63,365 nucleotides of DNA, filler included, from Octopus bimaculoides (GCF_001194135.2; 4 parts of 4 records of this genome joined end to end with filler, not necessarily neighbours in it), one strand, 5' to 3'. Shown: positions 26,966-40,410, numbered from the whole stretch's first letter. Numbers and translations: made by a program. Notes: generated by a model from the sequence alone, not told the origin.

Positions 26966-27989
26966 AAAAGAGTTGATTCCGTTAAAGAACATCACAGCAC
27001 TATGTGTAGGTGTTAAACCATTCGGCAGACTTCTGCACCGTTTCTGTCAGCCAAATTTCGCTTGCAAAGATTTGATTGACTCGAAGCTGTGGTTGAAGAC
27101 ACTTGCCCAAGGTACGACGCATTATGATTGAACCCGAAACTACACAGTTGCGAAGCGAACTTAGCCACATTATCTTGTGAATTTGAATCTAACCAGTGTT
27201 AAATATTTACTTTTATTCTTTTCGTTTCAGTAAACTATCTGTAATACTGTTGAATTGAATCTAGTATGGTTTTCTCTACAAAAAATTGTTATCTCGAACA
27301 AAAAACAAAACAAAACAAGAAGACAGCTCAAAACAGTCAGTTGTGCAGTATCTTCCTTTTGGCTACGATTCAGAATTTTCTTTTTCAATGTGACTTGTTT
27401 ACATCTTGGTGATTTGAGTCTATGAGAGTTCAAATCCCGCTATATTTCTGTGTGACTTATTTATGGTTTGGTGGCATTTCAAAATCTTTAAAAAAAAGAC
27501 CGCTTTAATGTTAAAACAGTGTGTGAAGTTAATTATAGAATACACTTCACATCATAGAGAATGATTTATTTGTATACCTGAACAAATTTATTCTTACTGT
27601 GAAGTTCTTTCTTTCTTTTTTTTTTTATATGTTTTCTAAGCTAAGTGAATATGGTCAGCAATTGGACTATGTCTATTTTCATTCTTCTCAAAAGATTCAC
27701 ATATCATGTATAATATAGCTGAGGCACGTGTTCTGCTCATCTTCTCAGGCCTGTATATTATACCGGAGTCACATGTTTTCCTCTCCGCAGGTCTAGGTGC
27801 GCGTTCTCTTCCCATCTCTCTTTCTCTCTTTAGACATATGCACTTTATAAACATTTTATTACATATATAACATACTAGTGATTTTGAGAAAGAGAGAGAG
27901 TGGGGAGGGATTGAAGGAAGAACGGGAGAAGGAGAGAAGCGGTTATTGTTTAATTATACATCAGTAATTGGTTCAATTTACCATTAGAA

Positions 27990-28020
<31 letters not shown>

Positions 28021-28021
<1 letters not shown>

Positions 28022-28185
28022 AGACTGGCTGTGTGGTAAGAAGCTTGCTTCCCAACCACATGGTTCCGGGTTCAGTCCCACTGCGTAGCACCTTGGGAAA
28101 GTGTCTTTTGCTATAGCCTCGGGTCGACCAAAGCCTTGTGAGTGGATTTGGTAGAGGGAAACTGAAAGGAGCCCGTTGTATATAT
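28021..28185 (+). mobile_element. SINE family 1, 5' half
   Basis: TGGCTGTGTGGTAAGAAGCTTGCTTCCCAACCACATGGTTCCGGGTTCAGTCCC... Confidence 0.85.
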
Positions 28186-28516
28186 ATATATGTATGTGTG
28201 TGTGTCATTTGAACAATTACCTTATAAACGAAAATAGTGTTTTGTGCTATTGTTAGGAGTGTATTCATGTTAAAAAAAATTCTAATTCCATCTTTTGCAT
28301 TTTTATATAAATTAATGCCAGTTTCTTCTTTTTTTTTTTTTTTTTTTGGATACAAAGATCCTCTGATTGAGAGAGGGGAAACGTATTCCGAAGTATTAGC
28401 ATCGGAAATTAAATGGAATAATATCCAGAAGACTGAACGCAAATAACGGTCTCTCTAAGGTGGGAAACTACTCTTTACTGTGTCTGACACCGCTTATTCA
28501 ATATTGTACTGTTTTT

Positions 28517-28723
28517 AAGGCGGCGAGCTGGCAGAAACGTTCGCACGCCGAGCGAAATGCATAGCGGTATTTCGTCTATCTTCATGTTCTGAGTTAAAAT
28601 TCCGCCGAGGTCGACTTTACCTTTCATCCTTTCGGGGTTGATAAATTAAGTACCAGTTGCGTACTGGGGACGATCCAATCGACTGGCCACCAAAATTTGG
28701 GTTTTGTGCCTAGAGTAGAAAAG
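28517..28723 (+). mobile_element. SINE family 2, full length with target-site duplication
   Basis: Complete head, body and tail; AATATTGTACTG is repeated at 28500-28511 and 28724-28735. Confidence 0.9.
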
Positions 28724-31119
28724 AATATTGTACTGCTTTTTTTTTCGTATTTTTGAATCAAAATATGTTAGTCAAAAATGAGGGGTTAGTCTTTATGATA
28801 TCTGCACGTTCTCCAAGACTGGACACATTTCGTTAGGCCGCGATACGTTCTCAGCTCAGATCTCAGTTGCAACGAATTTACATTTCATTTTCCCGAGGTC
28901 GATGAAGCAAGATATCAGTCAAGTACTGGGGCCGATATCATCGACTGTTCTCTTCCTCAAATTTCTGGCTGCATGCGTATATTAAGAAATCATTATTAGT
29001 AGTTGTTTTGGACGGGTTTGATCGTAAAGTGCATCGGGAAAATCCTTTGCGGTATTTGTACTGGCTCTTTGTATTTCGAGTTCAAATTTTACCGTAGTTA
29101 ACTTTGCTTTTCATCCTATAGATTTTGATAAAATCAAACAAGTACTGGGATCAATTTAATCGACTAACCCTTTCCCCAATTTTCAGACCTTGTACCTATA
29201 CCAGCGGTTGTTATTTTTTTTTACTGTTTCAACCCCACAGTCGTGTGCCATTCCGTGTGGGTAGCATTGTTCTTTCTGACATTACTTTAGAGTAACATAT
29301 GTTTATTGTGTAGAACCCCAACCATCGGGCCGTACAGAAACAATAAATTAAAATTGAATTGTTTCTTTTTCTTTTGACTATCGCAGTCTGTTTATGTGTA
29401 ATATATATATATATATANNNNNNNNNNNNNNNNNNNNNNNNNNNNNNNNNNNNNNNNNNNNNNNNNNNNNNNNNNNNNNNNNNNNNNNNNNNNNNNNNNN
29501 NNNNNNNNNNNNNNNNNNNNNNNNNNNNNNNNNNNNNNNNNNNNNNNNNNNNNNNNNNNNNNNNNNNNNNNNNNNNNNNNNNNNNNNNNNNNNNNNNNNN
29601 NNNNNNNNNNNNNNNNNNNNNNNNNNNNNNNNNNNNNNNNNNNNNNNNNNNNNNNNNNNNNNNNNNNNNNNNNNNNNNNNNNNNNNNNNNNNNNNNNNNN
29701 NNNNNNNNNNNNNNNNNNNNNNNNNNNNNNNNNNNNNNNNNNNNNNNNNNNNNNNNNNNNNNNNNNNNNNNNNNNNNNNNNNNNNNNNNNNNNNNNNNNN
29801 NNNNNNNNNNNNNNNNNNNNNNNNNNNNNNNNNNNNNNNNNNNNNNNNNNNNNNNNNNNNNNNNNNNNNNNNNNNNNNNNNNNNNNNNNNNNNNNNNNNN
29901 NNNNNNNNNNNNNNNNNNNNNNNNNNNNNNNNNNNNNNNNNNNNNNNNNNNNNNNNNNNNNNNNNNNNNNNNNNNNNNNNNNNNNNNNNNNNNNNNNNNN
30001 NNNNNNNNNNNNNNNNNNNNNNNNNNNNNNNNNNNNNNNNNNNNNNNNNNNNNNNNNNNNNNNNNNNNNNNNNNNNNNNNNNNNNNNNNNNNNNNNNNNN
30101 NNNNNNNNNNNNNNNNNNNNNNNNNNNNNNNNNNNNNNNNNNNNNNNNNNNNNNNNNNNNNNNNNNNNNNNNNNNNNNNNNNNNNNNNNNNNNNNNNNNN
30201 NNNNNNNNNNNNNNNNNNNNNNNNNNNNNNNNNNNNNNNNNNNNNNNNNNNNNNNNNNNNNNNNNNNNNNNNNNNNNNNNNCGTTATTCTTAACACTACG
30301 TCAATAAAAATCAAAATAATTTTCTAAAGATATTCTCAACAAAATTCAACTGAAAGTAGAAAAAACTAATTGATTGCTTATAAAACGTGAAAAATTTGGG
30401 GGAGGTTGTTAAATCTAAAACCTTGCCTATCGTTTCTCATCCAACTTAAAAAAAAATAAGCGGTATTGTTCAATTTTTGAGATAAAATTGATTTGCAAAG
30501 AACGTGCCTTATGTTATTTTATTGCACATTGTGTTATTTCACCCCCGAGTTTCAACTCTTTTTGTGTCAGTTTTTGAGAGAAGTGAGACTTCCCTAAGTA
30601 TTTTTGCGCCTTTATTGACTAGCAGTTTCAGTTTGCTTGTCCATCGGGTGATTAAAACTTCCATTTATATTTTTATTCGAAACTAATGTTACTTATCACG
30701 TAGTTCTTATCACTACGCCAATGAAAATCGAAATAAAATTCGTAAAGCAACAGTCGTCAAATGCAAAAGCCAAAGAACTGTTTACTGCGTAAATATCACT
30801 TGCAATATTCACTTTGGAGATAAAACAGCGTTCAATCTGACGTATAGATGTCAACATGAGGTATGTACTATGGAAGAGTACATTGTGTTTATCCTAATGT
30901 GTAAGTGTTTGAGTACAACAAGTTTAAGGTTAATTATGTTGTCCGATTCCACTGGAAGTTGTATATATTGTGGGCTGAACAGCTTTCCTTCATTTTATTG
31001 GCCTCATGACAATTNNNNNNNNNNTATATGTGTGTGTGTGTGTGTGTATGTATGTATATTTATATATATATATATATACATTATGTATGTAATATGTATG
31101 TAATATATATGTATTATAA

Positions 31120-31335
31120 TGCGACGGGCTGGTAGAATTGTTACCGCGTTGGGGTAAATTGTGTAGCGGCATTTCTTCCAACTTTATGTTCTGCGTTCAA
31201 ATGCTGCCGAGGTCGACGTTGCCTTTCATCCTTTCAGAGTCAATAAAAGAAGTACTAGTTGAATACTGGAGGTCGATGCGATTGACTTACCCCTCCCCCG
31301 AAATTGCTGGTCCTGTGCCAAAATTTGAAACCAAA
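31120..31335 (+). mobile_element. SINE family 2, older copy
   Basis: Same head and central motif; tail CCTGTGCCAAAATTTGAAACC. Confidence 0.8.
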
Positions 31336-31681
31336 GTATATGTATTATATTTGTACTAATTAAATTATACATTATGCACTTTATCGTGTTTTATTATGCA
31401 CATGATCTTCCGGTCCATGGAAAAAAAACATCGCTTTGCACGAAAAGAGTCCTCGGAGAAGAAGAAGAAGGCTGGAGTCCTCTGGCGTAATGTATTTTGT
31501 TGGGCGATGATAGTGTTTCATACGTGTTACGTGTTTTAATGTCGGTTGGTATGCAAGATAATGTGTTGTTGTGAGTTGTGCCATTGCATCAATTGAAAAT
31601 TGTTTCGAATATGAGTTACATGATTTGTCGGTCGTAATTTGTGGGTTATGTTATATCGTGCGTCGACGATGTAAGAGTATG

Positions 31682-31940
31682 TGCCAAATTGGAAAACAAT
31701 CATACTGTTATGGAGGAAAGAGAAGTTGGCTCAAACGGGTCTACTAATACTGGAAACGTTATATTACATCTTTACAGTGAAATCAGAGAACTATATCAGA
31801 ATTCTCTATATACATACTGAGAGTAATGGAACAGGTAAGACACAACATAGAGAAATGAGGGAGAAAATTATAAAAGAGTACTATAAAATAATCAGACAAG
31901 CACTTAATTAAATTCAATGATAGAAATAAGATAATCTTAC
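31682..31940 (+). mobile_element. R4/Dong RT-thumb fragment; inverted copy of 34090-34342
   Basis: About 93% reverse-complement match to the 5' end of the 32950-34345 copy; HREMREKIIKEYYK. Confidence 0.75.
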
Positions 31941-32949
31941 TATAATGGACGTGATGTATGTCAGTATATAGTGTATGTGACTATTTAGTGGTTATTGAAG
32001 TGTGTCAGTCTCGAGCAGTGTTCGAAACAGCTAATCGAAGCGGCTGTTGTTTACATCTCAGTTTTCTCAATCAAAATAACCCATGGTACCAGAACATCCA
32101 GACATTATTCGCATAGAACAGTGAGAGGTAAGTCTTAGCTTGATTTTTTGTAACTCTAAAGATTCCGCTCGCGCATTCACAGCAAACAAGGCACAGGACC
32201 ACACTTTAGATCGTGCAGGTGTATTTTTACACACGGCCAGTTATACGTCACCATGAGTAGAGCAACGGACGTCAGCAATTTGAAAATTAGTGTCGATCAA
32301 ACAGAAAATATAGCCTACAAAGGCGTTTTGTAATCATATTGATATTATCGAAGGAATATGGTTCATAATTTAAATAAGGAAATTTATGAACTTTGAATGT
32401 ATAAGAGTATAAACAAGCGTAAAATAGTGTAAACAACTAAAATAAAAGTATATCTAAATAACATTTTTTCTTAAAACTTTTTATGTAGTGGTCAAAGGAA
32501 GCTCTGGCTTTCTTTAGGAGTGGTCTATACAACCATTCATGATACAAAGGTTGGGAGCCTATTTCAGTTCGGGAGTGAATCGTCATCACATGCCACTTAG
32601 TCGCAAACATATGGCATATAGCTGCAATAGAATGCTGTATCACCAACTATAATGTGCTTTCTCTAACACATCACCCAGTAATCTATGAAGTCCATTTACA
32701 CATTTCTCAATACATACTGCTGTTATGATTTCCCTCCCCCATTTTATGCCCCATCATAGATGGGTCGATTTACTAGTCAGTATAAATACACTAGCCATTG
32801 CAATTATTTTCAGCATAATAAATTAGAAGTTGAGTGGATTGAAGAATTTCGGTGGTTATTCTGCAGTGCATGTTTTGTGTAGGTTGTGTAATATTACTGG
32901 GTGATGATTCTAAACAGTATGTGTTGAATGAATTGTGTCATTGTTATAG

Positions 32950-34345
32950 ATTGTTGTTGCAAGGCTCGAGGTGTCTGTCGAGGTACTGGCATTTTATTTC
33001 CTGTCCTTGATAATTATATCTGGACGGTTTACATTGATTACATTGTCAGTATGAATAGACACATCTTAGATTATTATGACCAGATTGTTGTCATGTGCTG
33101 TGTTTGGTACATGCTTATACCACTTATGTTTGCCCGTCGAAGTATTGACATATTGTTGACAGATGACCCATATTACCGACTTGAACGCTTCTGTGGACAA
33201 ATACTGACTTTGCTACTACTGGAGCTAGAAATGATGTGGTCGATTGTCTCTTCGTGCTAAAATCAGACCTTCCACTTTTGTTTTTGGCTCAGAGCACGTT
33301 TAGCTTACTTCTTTTCTGTCGAGCCTTGCAGTAATTTTTCTCTCCAATTTTTCTTCAGAATTATGTTGTCTGTTACATTAACTTTCTGACAAGGCTCGAT
33401 GCAATAATTTGAGACATTCTTGTCCAGACTGATAATGGAATTAAGGTAAACAGTTCCGATATTATTATCAAGATCAAGAAAATAAGGCAGCGAGCTGGCA
33501 GAATCGTCAGCACGCCGGGCGAAATGCTTAGCGGTATTTCGTCTGCCGCTACGTTCTGAGTTCAAATTCTGCCTATGTCGACTTTGCCTTTCATCCTTTC
33601 GGGATCGATTAAATAAGTACCAGTTACGCACTGGGGGTCAATGTAATCAACTTAATCCCTTCCTCCAAATTTGAGGCCTTGTGCATCCAGTAGAAAGTAT
33701 TATCAAGAACGAAAACTGGCGTACTCTGATAGATAACTTGACCTCCATCAGCATCATTTTTTCCTAGTTTGTAATCTATTGTTTCCTTATCGTAAAAATC
33801 TTTGCTTTCTTTTTGTCCCTTTTAACAGTAACCAGTTTCCCTTTGTTTTAAAGTATTTTTCTAGCCTCACTGTTGTTACTTTGTATTTGTTCTTTGTTTT
33901 TATATCTGACCCTATTATCCCTGTGTAAAGAGTAGATATATAATATATCAGTTTAAAGGTGGCAACTTGGAAACTTTCATAGAAGATTCCTAACTTTTCA
34001 GTCTAAACTCTTCAGTCCATTCGACTTCTAATTTATTATTATGTTGAAACTGAGGTTTATAATTGCGTTGGCTCGCGTATTTATACCATTTATCTTACTT
34101 CTATCATTGAATTTAGTTTCAGTGCTTGTCTGACTATTTTATAGTACTCTTTTGTAATGTTCTCCCTCATTTCTGTGTTGTGTCTTACCTGTTTCATTAC
34201 TTTAAGTATGTATTTAGAGGATTCTGATACAGTTCTCTGATTTCACTGTAAAGATGTAATATAACGTTTCCAGTTTTAGTAGATTCGTTTGAGCCAACTT
34301 CTCTTTCTTCTATAACAGTATGATTGTTTTCCAATTTGGCATGGC
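32950..34345 (-). mobile_element. Degenerate R4/Dong 3' half, interrupted by a SINE at 33485-33700
   Basis: EMRENITKEYYKIVRQ..LNSMIEV, EKLLQG, HEETIDHIIS, KWYKHVPN and VNRPDIIIKD. Confidence 0.75.
33485..33700 (+). mobile_element. SINE family 2
   Basis: Near-consensus head and central domain. Confidence 0.88.
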
Positions 34346-34996
34346 ATGATTGTTGTACAGCGTTGGATTGTATACAGTGTCCAGCGTTGGATTGTATACA
34401 GTGTCCATACTGTATACAGTATGTTTTTTTAATATCCAGTTTGCTTGATTACTAGATTGAATATCTGCCTCTAGTTGCTCAGAAGGGCTTAGACAGAACA
34501 ACTATATGTTTTTGTGGAATTTGGCGTTTTTAAAAACAAAGATTTTGGTTATATGGTTATATACTGGAAACATGTTTGTATGAAAAACATAATCGGTTAT
34601 ACGAAAAAAAAAAAAGAGAAGAAAAATGAGTTAAAATAAATCTTTTCATACATAAAGTATAGCTACTTAGTAACACACTTAATTTCACAGATTGATGGTT
34701 CTAATATCTAGTAGTGGAAAATACATTCAAATTCTAACAACACATTGAGAAAAATTATTTTTGTTAATATTTATTAACTGTTTAATTAATTTTGATTTCC
34801 TTCTTAGTCACAAGTTAAAGCATTTTAAGAAAAAAGAGTTACTCGAATATATCGGTCAGTATTTGATTACTATTTACTTTAATGACACTGAAAGAGTGAA
34901 AAAAAAAGTCGACTTCGGCGGTAACGGGGGATGCATAACTTAATCCATATCCCAGTTTAACCCGATGATCTGTCTCTTAAGGTAGAGTCCACATCC

Positions 34997-35136
34997 GGTA
35001 TTTTTAATGGCGAGTAAGAGGAGTCTAGATAGCATCCCCTCTTTAGATCTCCTGATGATAACTTCTGCCCTTTCCTCTCACTAGTCTCGAAATCCAAAGA
35101 GAGTCATACATCTCTAACTCGCCATTAAAAAGAACC
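34997..35136. repeat. MITE-like element of about 135 bp with 20-bp terminal inverted repeats
   Basis: TTTTTAATGGCGAGTAAGAG (35001-35020) vs CTCTAACTCGCCATTAAAAA (35112-35131), 19/20 complementary. Confidence 0.6.
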
Positions 35137-36039
35137 TTCTACCGATTCTGATAATCTACTGCTTTTGGAGTCAAATATTTCTCCTAACTATATAATGGTT
35201 TTAAATCTTGGTACAAGATCAGAAATTCTTAGTAGATTCCCAGTCCTTGACTGGTACTTTATTTCATCGACCTCGAAAGGATGAAAGGAAAAGTTGACAA
35301 TGGTGGTAAAACCGGAAGAAATACCGTTTAGCATTCTTGTCCGGCGTGCTAATAAAATAGAATGGAATTTGTCTTGGATATAGCTTTACTAGTGGTGAAA
35401 GGAAAACCACCAAATCAATAAACGCATCTGTATTTGTGAATGCCATCATCCTTTGTAATCACAAGGGATACAACTTGAAACAAAAAAATCCTTTTACGTG
35501 TTTCATTTATGACAGCAAATCAACCCGGCTGAACTCACTCTTTCTGCAAGCTATATACATAGAAGGCATTGAACTCAACGTTACTAAGCTTATGACACAC
35601 TCATTAATTTAACAGTGATTCTACTGCTAACATTTGTAACTTGTACCACTGGATCAACTTCAGCTTGCCAGCTTTTCTTGTGGTCAGCATCAGAATCTAT
35701 AGAAATACAGAAACCTATTTTGACAGCGGAGAGAGTATATAATATGTGTAGATTGTTATACTGTAACATGACACAAACAATTAACCGCTGCATTTCAGAA
35801 TTTCCACTTCATGTTGCGGTTTGGTGGCTTGTGTGTCTCAATGGCCCTGAGAGCAGTGCCAGCGGATTGCAAGCCTCTGGTGGTTCCTATACTGGACAGA
35901 TTAAAGGATAGAAGCCAGGTCAACATGGACTACTTCATCCCAGTGGTAAAAACGAGTTTGTATAGGGCTAATATTCCTACGGAGAAAAAAAAAACAAAGT
36001 TACAGGAGTATCGATGACAATTCAAAACCAACAAAAACT

Positions 36040-36222
36040 AGGAGAGAAAATACCTTCACCCAGGAAAGCTTATCACGCAGTGTAGCAAAATCCGGAAAAA
36101 AGGTGCAAAGCTACAGGGAATCAGTTGGAGAGAAGTAGAAAAGATAGTGAAGAGTGGAGAACAGTGGAGAAAAAACGTCGATGGCCTAGGATCCATAGGG
36201 AGCGAAGAGCTTGAGTAAGTAA
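36040..36222 (+). mobile_element. RTE-clade LINE 3' end
   Basis: GISWREVEKIVKSGEQWRKNVDGLGSIGSEELE*, followed by a short GTAA tail. Confidence 0.6.
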
Positions 36223-36944
36223 TATATCAGGATGTGAAAGCTTGGGAAGAGGTATGATATATCTGGTACAATAAATCTGTCATTCAACCAACTATCTATG
36301 TTCTATTGTTCAATTGGATCAGAGCTGACGTGGGCTTACACATCATCATTATCTTCAACAACCTTCAATATATAATTATATCTATAGAAACATCAAGAAA
36401 GTGTGTCGGTTGTGGACAGTATTAAGGTTATAGAATACCATCCGACAAACAGCGCAACTGGTAGCCCAACGATCCTCCGCCACCCTTATCGCCTCGACCA
36501 TCTGTTACTCAGTGACGAAATTAAGAAACTAATGTTGAAATTCAACAATACGTTGAGACAATCTAAACTTAAAAACAATACCATTGTCAGTCATTTGTAA
36601 TTCAACAATCTCTTCATCATGTTGAATGGTTTTGACATTTGTCAGCTCTGCATAATTTCTTTCTTTTTCTTTTTTTAATTTTCTTTTTTTTTTTTACTTT
36701 TGTTATTGTTATAGCTTTTGTTGTTGTTTGTAAAAATGTAAAAAAAATGTAAGTAGACAAACATTCAAAGAAAGATACAAAGCAAACTTTCATAATAATT
36801 TCGTGTTTATTCTGCTCGTCTTGACACCTCCGTGTTTATGATGGGACAACAAAATGAAAACTGTGAGAAAATAGATTAACGCCTATATACTCCGCCTACA
36901 ACTTACCGACATTATCATCATCATAATCATTATTATTAATAGCA

Positions 36945-37159
36945 GTAAGGCGGTGAGCTGGCAGAATCATTAGCATGCTTGGCAAGATGCTTAGCAGCAT
37001 GTCGCCCATCTTTACGTTCTGAGTTCAAATTCCGCCGAGATCGACTTTGCCTTTCATCCTTTCGGGGTCGATGAAATAAGTACCATTTGAGCGATGTGGT
37101 CGATGTAATTGGCTTACACTTCCTCTGATAGTGCAGGCCTTGTCCCAAGATTAGAAATC

Positions 37160-37160
<1 letters not shown>
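36945..37160 (+). mobile_element. SINE family 2
   Basis: AAGGCGGTGAGCTGGCAGAATC head and central motif. Confidence 0.85.
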
Positions 37161-37198
<38 letters not shown>

Positions 37199-37199
37199 A

Positions 37200-37230
<31 letters not shown>

Positions 37231-37244
37231 TATTATTATTAATA

Positions 37245-37377
37245 TTATCATTAATATTTATTATCTTTGCATAGCTTCTAATGCTGGAGATGTACTACGG
37301 TGCCAGCTGTTCACTACTAGTAAACTAAGGTAACACCCCTTATTTTTCGAGCACCGTTATTATTATTATTATTATTA

Positions 37378-37436
<59 letters not shown>

Positions 37437-37437
37437 T

Positions 37438-37515
<78 letters not shown>

Positions 37516-37945
37516 ATTCGAGCGGTTCCAAGCAGTGCTGTTTTCTGCAAGTGCTCCACCCTTATTGCAGCCCTTGTTTGTTCCATGTACTTCTTCAAGA
37601 TTTTTGCTCACTCTTTCCAGGGCTCTGAAAATTATTGGTACTACTACCACTTTTTTCATCCACCACAATTGCTTAACCTCCCAAGCTAATCCGTCGTATC
37701 TATCGACTTTTGTTTCTTCCTCATCGCATACCTTGTTGTCAGCTGGGTATGCTATATCTATGATCCAGCATCGTTTGCTTTCTTTCTCAATTAACACTAT
37801 GTCTGGTTTCCTATTCTCTATCTTATGGTCGCACTGAATCGTAAAATCCCATAGGATTCTTGCATTATCATTTTCGATGATGCCTTCGGGTTTATGTTCG
37901 TAGCACTTTTTTGCTCTGTCAAGTCCATACTTGTTGCAAAGTATT
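37245..37945 (-). mobile_element. 5'-truncated R4/Dong copy (RLE domain and 3' UTR) with an internal microsatellite
   Basis: YEHKPEGIIENDNARILWDFTIQCDHKIENRKPDIVLI..IDIAYPAD..LQKTALLGTARI[repeat]TVLEK*, then UTR and (AAT)n tail. The 5' flank is (AAT)n(GAA)n. Confidence 0.88.
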
Positions 37946-37990
37946 CTTCTTCTTCTTCTTCTTCTTCTTCTCATTATTATTATTATTACT

Positions 37991-38195
37991 AAGGCAACGA
38001 GCAGGCAGAATCGTTTAGCACGTCAGGCAAAATGCTTAGCCACATTTCGTCCATCTTTACATTCTGAGTTCAAAGTCCCCTGAGTTCGACTTTGCATTTC
38101 ATCCTTTCAGAGTAGGTAAATAAGTACCAGTTGAGTATTGGGATCGCTGTAATCGACTTATCCCCTACCCCGAAATTGCTGGCCTTGTGCCCAAA
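37991..38195 (+). mobile_element. SINE family 2
   Basis: Diverged but collinear with the other copies. Confidence 0.8.
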
Positions 38196-38499
38196 TTAGT
38201 AGCAGTAACAGCGGTGACAATTTTGTTTTTCCTCTTCAGAATTTGAGCCTTTCTCATATTCTGACAAGGTTGACCATCTTGAGATATATGTGGCCATCTG
38301 TTAAATGTATATAACTTCGATTTACTTCTTTTAGATATGTTTGTTTTCATCCTGTCATCAATATTGATTTCATTCTTTTATAATTAAATTATCTTATCGC
38401 CTTCAACGTTTTGATGTCAAATCCAAGGGTTTATACCCCATGTACAAATTATATTCTTTCTCATTTTGGAACAAGGTTAGCAATGTTGAAGAGAGCGGG

Positions 38500-38665
38500 A
38501 AGAAGATTACATCGACTGCAGTTCTCAATTGTTCTTATTCTATCGATCTCGAAAGGATGAAAAACAAACTTGACTTTGGCGGCATTTGAACTCAGAATGT
38601 AAAGAGTCGGAAGAAATGCCACTAAGCATGTTCTCCGATGTGCTAACCATTCTGCCAGTTCAATA
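38500..38665 (-). mobile_element. SINE family 2, degenerate
   Basis: TCGATCTCGAAAGGATGAAA..GGCGGCATTTGAACTCAGAA..TTCTGCCAGTT on the plus strand. Confidence 0.75.
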
Positions 38666-39396
38666 TTCTGAAGTATATTGACACTAATTTAAGTATTGAA
38701 ATATTATATTATCTTTTAGGGAACCTTGTATATGTTGGTACAGAAGAAATAGAAATGTCAAAATATGTAATATTTTGATGAACTTAAATATTTCCTAATT
38801 CGTAATTTATGTTTGGAAAATAACGGTCTTAAATCTATTAACAGTTCTATATCTTCGTCTAATCTTCTGAATGAAGTGGTGAAAGTGACGCTATTATCAC
38901 CACGTTTTAATAAGAGGCAGCCAGTATCATAGGAATGATATTGTAACTGATAAAATCATTATCGCCAGATTAAAAAATTTTAACAGTTAGTTACAAATAT
39001 CTTTCATGAATCAGTAATTGTTCTAAATTTATTACACGAGTGTTATATATGTGTATTTATATTTTGTTTGTGTTTTGGTCTTGTACCAAAATTTGAAACC
39101 AATATATTGTTCGTATTTTGCTTGTAATACAGTCTCTATAGATAATCTAGTTTTTTTTTGTGTGTGTGTGTGTCGAATTCTGTATAAGACTGTAGTGTTG
39201 TAAACTAAAGCCTTTTCATTTAGTTTTGTTTCGTATTTTGTGTTATAATGTATTATAATGGTTCTATGTTGTAAATGCATGTCCAGTCCAACCGACGAAA
39301 ATGTGTTGTACTTGTATGTCCTATGTGACAGTTTGAGTAGCGAAGTTTGCAACTCTCATGTGAATATTTTTCTATCTTCTATTAGGAGTAGCTTCA

Positions 39397-39559
39397 AGGT
39401 GAAGGAGTGGCTGTGTGGTAAGAAGCTTGCTTCCCAACCACATAGTTCCGGGTTCAGTCCTACTGCGTGGCACATTGGGCAAGTGTCTTCTACTATAGCC
39501 TCGGGCCGACCAAAGACTTGTGAGTGGATTTGGTAGACGAAACCTGAAAGAAACCCGTC

Positions 39560-39615
<56 letters not shown>

Positions 39616-39826
39616 ATGCATGTATTTGTGTATCTGTGTTTGTCCCCCACCATCGCTTGACAACCGATGTTGGTGTGTTTACGTCCCCGTAACTTAGCGG
39701 TTCGGCAAAAGAGACCGATAGAATAAGTACTGGGCTTACAAAGAATAAATCCTGGGGTTGATTTCTTCGATTAAAGGCGGTGCTCCAGCATGGCCGCAAT
39801 CAAATGACTGAAACAAGTAAAAGAAT
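39397..39826 (+). mobile_element. SINE family 1, full length with internal (TA)n(TG)n
   Basis: A box TGGCTGTGTGG, B box GGTTCAGTCC, central TGGGCAAGTGTCTT, tail GAAACAAGTAAAAGAAT. Confidence 0.92.
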
Positions 39827-40410
39827 ATTATTTCCTTCACGTTTAGGATGCATTATAAAATTATTAACTACCCCCAACACTTCAGTGTACTTAATTTTAT
39901 CGACCTCGGAAAGATAAAAAGCAAAGTTGACCGCGGCGGGATTTGGACACAGGTAGTGAGCCCCAACTAAATACCATTCAACATTTTGCCCAATTTTCTA
40001 ACAACTTTTACAATACACTTGAACTCCATTCTGAGTCTTGTAGGTTTGTAGTTTCGTGTGGATGATGTTTTATAACCAGGATAGAGCTGAAGGTAGGGGT
40101 GAAAGTCAATAAGGATGACGAGAAGGGTGTAAACAGGTTGGATAAGTGGGTACGGTCGGAAAGGATATACTGTTAAATAATTTCTAGAAGGATTCTATAG
40201 AATCATACACTCTATAAAATATATTTATTTCAGAACCGATTTTTCTGATTTTTCTTGAATAGCTTTATTATTTAAACAAACTTATAAGAATTAGAATAAA
40301 AAAATTAATCATGGATTTTCGGAAACAGAGCTTAAAATTATATTAAATTTTTTTCTAATACATCAAATAATCACTTGCGTCATAAAATTTCCTAGATATT
40401 TCAAAATATT

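Noticed and set aside
27636-27854. Minus ORF with SGIIYR..SPIADHIH, faintly GIY-YIG-like; the plus frame is also open
   Set aside because: Motif spacing is wrong and there are no convincing splice sites or recognisable domain.
35590-35696. Candidate terminal exon on the minus strand (SDADHKKSWQAEVDPVVQVTNVSSRITVKLMSVS*) after a good acceptor
   Set aside because: No recognisable domain and no partner exon; needs RNA-seq.
38239-38305. Strong plus-strand acceptor followed by a short open frame
   Set aside because: No good donor and no recognisable product.
39397-39470. tRNA gene
   Set aside because: It has A/B boxes but no cloverleaf and continues into a SINE body; the same holds for all the SINE heads.
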